This document shows, one piece after another, positions 56,985 through 64,000 of a stretch of DNA of 64,000 nt. This DNA is from Calditrichia bacterium (GTDB lineage Bacteria; Calditrichota; Calditrichia; JAJRVZ01). The notes beneath the pieces were generated by a model, which worked only from the letters and a program-made list of their open reading frames with translations, ran no database searches and was not told the origin of the DNA. The DNA lies in NCBI GenBank assembly GCA_963796965.1, contig CAWCNS010000006.1:352001-416000 (forward strand), written 5' to 3'. The translations under genes and the position numbers were made by a program. Numbering within the stretch: position 1 is the first letter of the stretch; every line of letters begins with the position of its first letter.

Positions 56985-57728
56985 ATGACACGAGAAGAGT
57001 TAAATGAAAAAGAAATGCCATTTTTAGATCATTTAGAAGAATTAAGATGGCGATTACTTAAATCTGTAATTTGCGTTTTTGTGATGATGCTTCTATGCTT
57101 TTTAGTATCGGATCAAATCCTTGATTTTCTACTTTATCCTGGTCAAAACATTGAACCACCGGTACCTTTACAGGTACTAAAAGTCCAGACAGTTTTTATT
57201 ATTAAACTGGAAATTGCTTTGTTTGCCGGTATTATTCTTAGTTTGCCGGTAATATTTTATCAATTCTGGCAGTTTTTGTCTCCGGGACTTCATCTTAAAG
57301 AACGGAAAATACTTCCGGCTGTCGTTTTTGCTTCCGTTGTATGTTTTTTGATAGGCGGGATGTTTGCCTATTTTATCATCATACCCTATGCATTACAGTT
57401 TTTTCTGGGTCTCGCACCAACAAATATTGAAAATAATATTGCTCTAGATTTTTATATTGGCTTTCTCTTACGCTTAATAATAGTTTTTGGTGTCGTTTTT
57501 GAACTACCAATGCTCAGTTTTATCCTTACAAAGTTTGGTATTCTTACACCGACCTTCATGAGAAAATACCGGAGATATGCTATTGTTGGCGCTTTTATTC
57601 TCGGAGCAATTTTGACACCTCCGGATCCAACCACACAGGTAATGCTTGCCCTGCCAATTGTATTATTATATGAACTTAGTATTTACATATCCTTTGTATT
57701 TGCACCAAAGCCTGAACTGTCGGAGTGA
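56985..57728 (+). CDS. tatC: Twin-arginine translocase subunit C
   Basis: MPFLDHLEELRWRL, F-L-S-PGL..KE, FELP and TPPD motifs. Confidence 0.96.
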   Translation: MTREELNEKEMPFLDHLEELRWRLLKSVICVFVMMLLCFLVSDQILDFLLYPGQNIEPPVPLQVLKVQTVFIIKLEIALFAGIILSLPVIFYQFWQFLSPGLHLKERKILPAVVFASVVCFLIGGMFAYFIIIPYALQFFLGLAPTNIENNIALDFYIGFLLRLIIVFGVVFELPMLSFILTKFGILTPTFMRKYRRYAIVGAFILGAILTPPDPTTQVMLALPIVLLYELSIYISFVFAPKPELSE

Positions 57729-57845
57729 AATAAGTTAATCAACTTGCTTGGTATTCAGCAGTTATCTAAATTTTTTAATCCTTAAAATTTTTATCTCAAC
57801 ATAATTTATATTGGAAATTAATCCGGAAAGATTCTCCTGAAACAT

Positions 57846-58823
57846 ATGAGTAAAAAATTAGCAGATATAAAATCTTTTTTAAAAAAAGACATGGAAATTT
57901 ATAATAAAACATTGATGGAAGTATTATCTTCCAATGTATTTCTGATAGACAATATTTCAAAATATATTGTCAAACATAAAGGAAAGGGGTTGCGTCCCTT
58001 ACTTGTGCTCCTTAGTGCACGATTATTGGGTGAGCCCAATAAAAACACGTATGCAGTGGCCAGCATTGTTGAGTTGCTTCACACAGCCACATTGATCCAT
58101 GATGATGTTGTTGACAACGCGGAGGAAAGAAGAAATTTTCCTTCAATTAATGCCGTATGGAAAAACAAAATAAGTGTATTAATGGGAGATTATTTATTGG
58201 CCAAATCGTTGATAAGCGCGACAGATACGGGCGAATTGGATATAATGTATGTATTGGCCGATACATCAAAGCGATTGAGCAAAGGTGAGTTACTTCAAAT
58301 TGAAAAAAGCCGGAAGTTAGATATTACAGAAGAAGATTATTTGCAGATAATATCTGATAAGACGGCTGCATTATTGAGTGCTTGTTGTTTGCTCGGTGCA
58401 ATGACGATTACTTCTGAGGAAAAAGAAAAACAACGTTTGCAGCAGTTTGGTGAAAATCTTGGAATTGCTTTCCAAATAAAAGATGATCTCTTGGACTTTC
58501 AAGGAGATCGAGCCATTCTTGGAAAAGCTGTTGGGGCAGATTTGAAAGAAAAAAAGATCACCCTACCATTGATTTTAGCCTTTCAAAAAGCGCCACTTAG
58601 AGAAAAGAAGAAAATTTTAAGTCTGATAAAAAAAGGTGTAACGGATAAAGAAATTAAAACCGTGAATAGTTTTGCCCATAATTATAGAGGCTTGGAAGCC
58701 GCCCATGAATACGTAAATATTTATGCAGAAAAGGCCCGTACAAATATTTCTGATATTGAGGATAGTCTGGCAAAAACAAATGCTCTGAATTTTGTTGACT
58801 ACATCATCAGCAGAAAAAGATAA
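57846..58823 (+). CDS. Long-chain polyprenyl diphosphate synthase (IspB/HepT-like)
   Basis: GKGLRP, HTATLIHDDVVD..RR and FQIKDDLLD motifs. Confidence 0.93.
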   Translation: MSKKLADIKSFLKKDMEIYNKTLMEVLSSNVFLIDNISKYIVKHKGKGLRPLLVLLSARLLGEPNKNTYAVASIVELLHTATLIHDDVVDNAEERRNFPSINAVWKNKISVLMGDYLLAKSLISATDTGELDIMYVLADTSKRLSKGELLQIEKSRKLDITEEDYLQIISDKTAALLSACCLLGAMTITSEEKEKQRLQQFGENLGIAFQIKDDLLDFQGDRAILGKAVGADLKEKKITLPLILAFQKAPLREKKKILSLIKKGVTDKEIKTVNSFAHNYRGLEAAHEYVNIYAEKARTNISDIEDSLAKTNALNFVDYIISRKR

Positions 58824-58835
58824 GTTTGTAAAGCG

Positions 58836-59861
58836 ATGGCTGATTTTCCTCTCAAAATTCTAATAATACGTCTTAGTTCCATTGGTGATATCCTTCTGGC
58901 AACACCTTTTATCCGACAAACTAAAAAGAAATTCCCACAGGCACGCATTGATTTTATTATTAAAAATGAATTTAAAGATTTGCTGGACTTTAATCCCCAT
59001 ATTGAAAATCTCTATACACTAGATCTGAAAAATGATAGTGCAGCGCTAAAAGAGATGAAAAATATTTTACGTGCAAATTCGTATGATGTCATTTTTGATC
59101 TTCATAATAATCTTCGCAGTAATTTTTTAAGAAGAGGATGTGGTGCAAAAAAAAGCAGAAAGATCTATAAGAGTAAACTAATTCAAATATTACTGGTATA
59201 TTTAAAAATTAATATATATAAAGATATTATCCCCATTCCCATTAGATATTTGGAAGTTGGAGCCGATTTTAATATAAAAGATGATGAAAAAGGTTTAGAA
59301 ATCTTTTGGGATCAGGATACAATAAATTCTGTTGATAAAAAAAGTGAATTTGAAAAAAAAGATTCATTTATATGTTTGGCCCCTGGTGCAGCTCATTTCA
59401 CTAAGCGATGGCCCAAAGAACATTTTAAGGAGCTGTGTGAAATAGTAGAAAAAAAGACGAATTTTAAAATAGTTTTGCTAGGAGGAGATGCAGATAAGGA
59501 ACTTGGGAATTATTTGTCACAGGATAATCATGTTTATGACTATACTGGAAAATTAAGTTTGTTAGAATCCGCAAACCTTATGTCCCGGGCTAAAGCGTTG
59601 GTAACAAATGATACCGGTTTAATGCATATGGGTACAGCTGTGGATATTCCTGTTCTTGCACTTTTTGGCTCAACAGTTCAGGCCTTTGGGTTTTTCCCAT
59701 TCAGAGGGAAATCGAAAGTATTAGAAAAAAATGATCTTTCATGTCGACCCTGCACACATATCGGACGGTCTACATGTCCTAAGGATCATTTTAGATGTAT
59801 GTATGAGTTATATCCTGAACAGGTTTTTAGAAATCTTGATATTTTACTTTATAATGCATAG
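58836..59861 (+). CDS. LPS heptosyltransferase-like glycosyltransferase (GT9)
   Basis: RLSSIGD, PGA..KRWP, NDTGLMH and CRPC...C motifs. Confidence 0.9.
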   Translation: MADFPLKILIIRLSSIGDILLATPFIRQTKKKFPQARIDFIIKNEFKDLLDFNPHIENLYTLDLKNDSAALKEMKNILRANSYDVIFDLHNNLRSNFLRRGCGAKKSRKIYKSKLIQILLVYLKINIYKDIIPIPIRYLEVGADFNIKDDEKGLEIFWDQDTINSVDKKSEFEKKDSFICLAPGAAHFTKRWPKEHFKELCEIVEKKTNFKIVLLGGDADKELGNYLSQDNHVYDYTGKLSLLESANLMSRAKALVTNDTGLMHMGTAVDIPVLALFGSTVQAFGFFPFRGKSKVLEKNDLSCRPCTHIGRSTCPKDHFRCMYELYPEQVFRNLDILLYNA

Positions 59862-59985
59862 AACCAAAAGATATGGAAAAGTGTAAATATTCCAGTTAGT
59901 GGGCACTTGATTCTCATCATTTCAAGGGAAAAAGTGAGTGCCTTAAAATCAAGGGACGAATACCAAGCACCAGATAATCATAATC

Positions 59986-61266
59986 ATGAAAAAAATTTGG
60001 CAATACCTCTACTATATTATTGTTACGCCTTTTTTTATTTTCGGGATTCATATGGCAGCCATATTCTCAGCTAAAATTCGCAGCGGCCTTTTACCACGAT
60101 ATGTAACGATCAAAAGATTAAAAGAATGGCTCCACCAAAATAATCCCCAGGGTAAACGCATCTTGTTTCACACAGCCTCCTTGGGTGAATATGAGCATAT
60201 CCGTCCGCTTCTTGAAATGATGAAAGAGGAATATGGAACAGTAAATATTGTTACTTTTTTTTCTCCTTCAGGATATAAAAATGTTGGTAAAGATCCCTCT
60301 TTGGATTTTTATTTCTATACACCTTTTGACCGAAAAAAAAATTGGTCAGATGTTTATAATTTAGTTAACCCCACTCTTATTATTATAGCAAAATGGGATA
60401 TCTGGCCCGGACAAATCTGGACAGCTAAGAAGATGAATATTCCCATATATTTAGTCAATGCATCTTTACGTGGAGACTCCCGTCGTACAAAGACGGGGGT
60501 AAAACGATTTTTAAAACATGTATTTCGGGACTTCTCGGTTATTTTTGCGGTTTCTGATGTGGATGGAGAACGAATTATTAAGCATTTTCCCGGTTGCCCG
60601 GTTGAAGTTGTTGGAGATACAAAATATGATCAGGTTGTCCTGCGTAAAAAACATGCACTCTCGCAAGATCTGATTCCGGAGAGCTGGACAAAAAACAGCT
60701 GGATATTTATAGCCGGTAGTATATGGCCGGAAGATGAAGAGCATTTATTTCCGGCATTGAAAAAGTTTATTGAAGGAAAGAAAGATGTCCGTATTATCCT
60801 TGTCCCTCATCAACCGGAGCAAAAGGCAATTGAAAAAATAGTAAACAATTTTAAAGAATGGGGAGTACAAAAATTTAGCAATCGAGAACAACTTCTCGAT
60901 GAACGTATATTAGTCATTGACGCCATCGGTTACCTGGCAGGATTATATCATTATGCTCAATTAGCGTATGTAGGGGGGAGTTTTCGGCAAGGTATTCACA
61001 ATGTGATGGAGCCTGCAATTTTTGGTATACCTGTTTTATATGGACCAGTTCATGAGAATTCACATGAGGCTGTTGAGTTCTCAAAAGGAAATGGTGGATT
61101 TGTGGTAAAAATTTGGAAAGATATTTATAATCACACATCCAACTTCTATGAGAATAATAATGAAAGATTATTGTTTGGAGATAAAGCAGAGAAATTTGCT
61201 CTAAGAAATACGGGGGCGACAAAAGAATTACTTGGAAATTGGCAAGATTTACTAAACGCAACCTAA
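59986..61266 (+). CDS. waaA: 3-deoxy-D-manno-octulosonic acid (Kdo) transferase
   Basis: FHTASLGE, TFFSPSG, GDTKYD and VGGSF..HNVMEPA motifs. Confidence 0.92.
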   Translation: MKKIWQYLYYIIVTPFFIFGIHMAAIFSAKIRSGLLPRYVTIKRLKEWLHQNNPQGKRILFHTASLGEYEHIRPLLEMMKEEYGTVNIVTFFSPSGYKNVGKDPSLDFYFYTPFDRKKNWSDVYNLVNPTLIIIAKWDIWPGQIWTAKKMNIPIYLVNASLRGDSRRTKTGVKRFLKHVFRDFSVIFAVSDVDGERIIKHFPGCPVEVVGDTKYDQVVLRKKHALSQDLIPESWTKNSWIFIAGSIWPEDEEHLFPALKKFIEGKKDVRIILVPHQPEQKAIEKIVNNFKEWGVQKFSNREQLLDERILVIDAIGYLAGLYHYAQLAYVGGSFRQGIHNVMEPAIFGIPVLYGPVHENSHEAVEFSKGNGGFVVKIWKDIYNHTSNFYENNNERLLFGDKAEKFALRNTGATKELLGNWQDLLNAT

Positions 61267-61303
61267 ACCTGCCGACTTTTTAATTGAATAAATTGATGGT
61301 ATT

Positions 61304-62113
61304 ATGGCATCATTAAATAGACAAAGAGTATTATTTAATAAATCCTTCGAAAAAATCAGGGAAAACACCTACTTTGTTTTGGTTGAACCGGAGGTTGAGG
61401 GTAATGTTGGCGCATCTGCCCGGGCCCTAAAAACAAGTGGTTTTAAAAATCTAATAATAGTCAATCCAAATTATGACAAGAATCACAAAGAGATTGAATG
61501 GATGGCACACCGCTCGGAAGATATTATTGAAAAGGCTAAGGTCGTTTCAAATTTTGGGGATGCAATATCAGACAAACGGCTAGTCGTGGCAACAACTCAA
61601 AGAAAGCGACATTTTAAATTTCCATTATATTCTCCAGAGGATATTGCAACCAAGATTGAAGAAGTTGCCACTGAACATCCTGTGGCCATTGTTTTCGGTC
61701 GTGAACGAACAGGATTGACAAATCAGGAATTGCTCAGATGTCACATTCACTCAACCATTCAAACAGCAACACAAAATCCCTCTCTGAATCTGGCGCAATC
61801 TGTTATGCTCTATGCCCATACCTTTTTTAAGTCTCAAAATGTAAAACATCCAATATTAACATACGATCTTGCTTCTCAATATGAATTAGAAAAATTTTAT
61901 GACCACTTAGAAAAAAGCATAAGAGATGTTGGTTTTGTCCCCAGAGACAGCTTTGACGATTTTGTCACGAGGTTTAAGCGTCTACTAGGCCGATCCCTTG
62001 CTGAAAAACGGGATGTGCGATTGCTGCATAAACTCCTCCAGATCTATGAATCAAAAATATCCCACCTTGAAGAGCAGGTTGGAGATAAGAAAATCAACAA
62101 AAAGATATATTGA
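61304..62113 (+). CDS. TrmJ/LasT family SPOUT RNA methyltransferase
   Basis: VLVEP..GNVGASARA, FGRERTGLTN and SLNLAQSV motifs. Confidence 0.9.
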   Translation: MASLNRQRVLFNKSFEKIRENTYFVLVEPEVEGNVGASARALKTSGFKNLIIVNPNYDKNHKEIEWMAHRSEDIIEKAKVVSNFGDAISDKRLVVATTQRKRHFKFPLYSPEDIATKIEEVATEHPVAIVFGRERTGLTNQELLRCHIHSTIQTATQNPSLNLAQSVMLYAHTFFKSQNVKHPILTYDLASQYELEKFYDHLEKSIRDVGFVPRDSFDDFVTRFKRLLGRSLAEKRDVRLLHKLLQIYESKISHLEEQVGDKKINKKIY

Positions 62114-62215
62114 AAGAACCATGGTTATAATATTTGCCTTTATATTCTATGGATATTTGTTTAAATTTTTAAATATTCTTTTGATTGATCTGTTTGAAAA
62201 TAAAAGTAAGAGGTC

Positions 62216-62734
62216 ATGATGGATACGAAAGAGATGGAAGAAGTTCTACAAAAGTCGCTGGCCCTGGAAGAAGAGGGATATAAGTGGTATTCAGAGGGTG
62301 CGGAAAAGATAACGAACTCGTTGGGTCGGAGAATGTTGGAACGATTGGCCAATGATGAGCTAAATCATATGAAAAGAATCAAAGATATTTACGCATCACT
62401 TACAAGCAATAAGATGGATGAAGTTATAATTGATCCGCCCAAATTAGTCCTGTTCGATGAAATTTTTAAGCGTATGAAGGACCAAATAGATGAAGCGGTA
62501 GATGATTTGACAGAAGTTGGAGTAGATGATGAAGAAATTATCAATGTTGCTCTGGAACTAGAAGCCCATGCTCGGTTTTTCTATGAAGAAGCTGCACAGA
62601 AAACCACAAATATTAAAGTTAAAGAGTTTTATGAACTACTGGCAAAAGAGGAAAAATTTCACCAGGAACTTCTTCAGAAAACAAACCAATATCTTGAAAA
62701 CCCCTCATTATTTTTCGGGATGGACGGCCGATAA
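62216..62734 (+). CDS. Ferritin-like/rubrerythrin-family di-iron protein
   Basis: Duplicated E..G..Y and LA.ExxH motifs (LANDELNH, LAKEEKFH). Confidence 0.85.
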   Translation: MMDTKEMEEVLQKSLALEEEGYKWYSEGAEKITNSLGRRMLERLANDELNHMKRIKDIYASLTSNKMDEVIIDPPKLVLFDEIFKRMKDQIDEAVDDLTEVGVDDEEIINVALELEAHARFFYEEAAQKTTNIKVKEFYELLAKEEKFHQELLQKTNQYLENPSLFFGMDGR

Positions 62735-63092
62735 TAAAATCTTTGCGGTGAAAATTTATTGTTTCCAGAAGGTTCATGAAAAATAGTGAGAATTCCATGT
62801 TAAAGACGCTGCTATCGAGCTGGGTTTTTTATTTTTAGGAGTTATTTGCAAGTAAAGAACTATATCGAAAAAAACTTTACATTTATTGGTTTCCTTCCTT
62901 GACCGTAAACCTGGATCACTTACAAACCGGATTAAGCAATTTTCATGATCATCAAATAATAATCTCTTTGATAACGAATTAATAGATATTATTTACTCTT
63001 GTTTGTGAATATATTATCTTTGGGTTGTTAGGTTCTGATTTATTGTGCTATTATAAGTGAATATAAACCTTATTATCAGAAAGGAAGATGTA

Positions 63093-64000
63093 ATGAAGAA
63101 GGATTTTCAGGTATGCATTTCTCATCCAACGAATTATCTTTGGATGATTGCGTTATTATCCATCTTTTTAATAAGTACGGCAATTGCAAAAGACTCTTTG
63201 ACACCGGCGGATGTGCTTAAAACCCAAAGCTGTAGTTCTCCACAGATCAGCCCGGATGGTGTGTGGATAGCCTATACACAGAGCATCCCACGGAAACTGA
63301 CAGATCCGGCCGGTAGGGCTTATAGCGAATTGCACATAATTTCGGTAAAGACTGGTGAAGTGAAAGCGTTTCTTACAGGAAAAGTGAATGTAAGTTCTCC
63401 CCGGTGGAGTATTGATGGTAATAAAATTGGATTTTTAATGAAGAGGGGAGAAAAAGCAAAAACACAAATCTGGGCTATTTCACTAAATGGAGGGGAGGCC
63501 GTCCAGATAAGTAATGCGAAGTCCAGCATTTCAAGTTTTGAATGGCATCCGGATGGCAAGAATATACTATATCTGGCCACCACACCAAAATCCAAGAAAG
63601 AGCTTGAACTGGATAAAAAGGGCTATGGATTTATCTATTACCAGGAAAATTTGAAAAATAGGAATCTTTACCAATTAAATTTGACAGAAGAGGATCCGCA
63701 AAAGAAAATCATTCAATTAACAAAAGATGTAACGATATGGGACTTTCGTATTAGCCGAGATGGCAAAAAGATAGCGGCCTCTGTGTCAACTAAGAATTTA
63801 ATCGATCATCGCTACATGTTTCGAAAAATAAATATACTCGATCTGGCCAGCAGACAGCTTAAACAATTAACCGATAATCCCGGAAAGCTAGGTAACTATG
63901 CCTTTAGCCCGGATGGATCAAAATTAGTCTATAATTCATCCCTTACCAGAGCAGATCATCAGGTCAGTCAGGTATTTGTGATCGATACGAGGGGGGGGCA
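63093..64000 (+). CDS. Probable S9-family peptidase, N-terminal TolB/PD40-like propeller; runs off the window (not in the ORF track)
   Basis: ATG at 63093 after AAGGAAG; signal peptide, then LTPADVL...PQISPDGVWIAY, PRWSIDGNKIGF, TQIWAISLNGGEA and FEWHPDGK. The catalytic domain is not visible. Confidence 0.75.
   Translation, partial: MKKDFQVCISHPTNYLWMIALLSIFLISTAIAKDSLTPADVLKTQSCSSPQISPDGVWIAYTQSIPRKLTDPAGRAYSELHIISVKTGEVKAFLTGKVNVSSPRWSIDGNKIGFLMKRGEKAKTQIWAISLNGGEAVQISNAKSSISSFEWHPDGKNILYLATTPKSKKELELDKKGYGFIYYQENLKNRNLYQLNLTEEDPQKKIIQLTKDVTIWDFRISRDGKKIAASVSTKNLIDHRYMFRKINILDLASRQLKQLTDNPGKLGNYAFSPDGSKLVYNSSLTRADHQVSQVFVIDTRGG

Overview
This is the probable chromosomal origin region of an AT-rich, LPS-producing bacterium; gene styles suggest an FCB-group lineage such as Calditrichota, KSB1 or Ignavibacteria (inference). 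The core is dnaN-recF-dciA-gyrB-gyrA-rex on the minus strand, diverging from rpmH-rnpA-yidD-yidC-mnmE-(egtB-egtD)-mnmG-rsmG-murQ on the plus strand. An oriC-like DnaA-box cluster lies just upstream of dnaN, and two parS sites flank mnmG. dnaA is absent from its usual slot between dnaN and rpmH, which instead holds an orphan 2-oxoacid dehydrogenase E1 alpha/beta pair and a decayed methyltransferase; DnaA boxes survive on both sides. The left flank has a 1366-aa LVIVD plus 11x Ig surface protein, redox genes (bcp, cytochrome c, Rieske ferredoxin, SigH/RshA-like pair), a K+ channel and mtnA. The right flank has a secreted glycan-degradation cluster (two uncharacterised proteins and two GH38-like enzymes), glgA, a gmhB relic, a lipoprotein/beta-barrel/TPR trio, housekeeping and LPS genes, and a partial S9 peptidase. 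About 13 single-base frameshifts interrupt otherwise intact genes. Ten are at, or can be repaired to, the tetramer AGCT, which points to systematic sequencing errors at a modified AGCT motif rather than real pseudogenes. No rRNA, tRNA, CRISPR array or intact transposase was seen.
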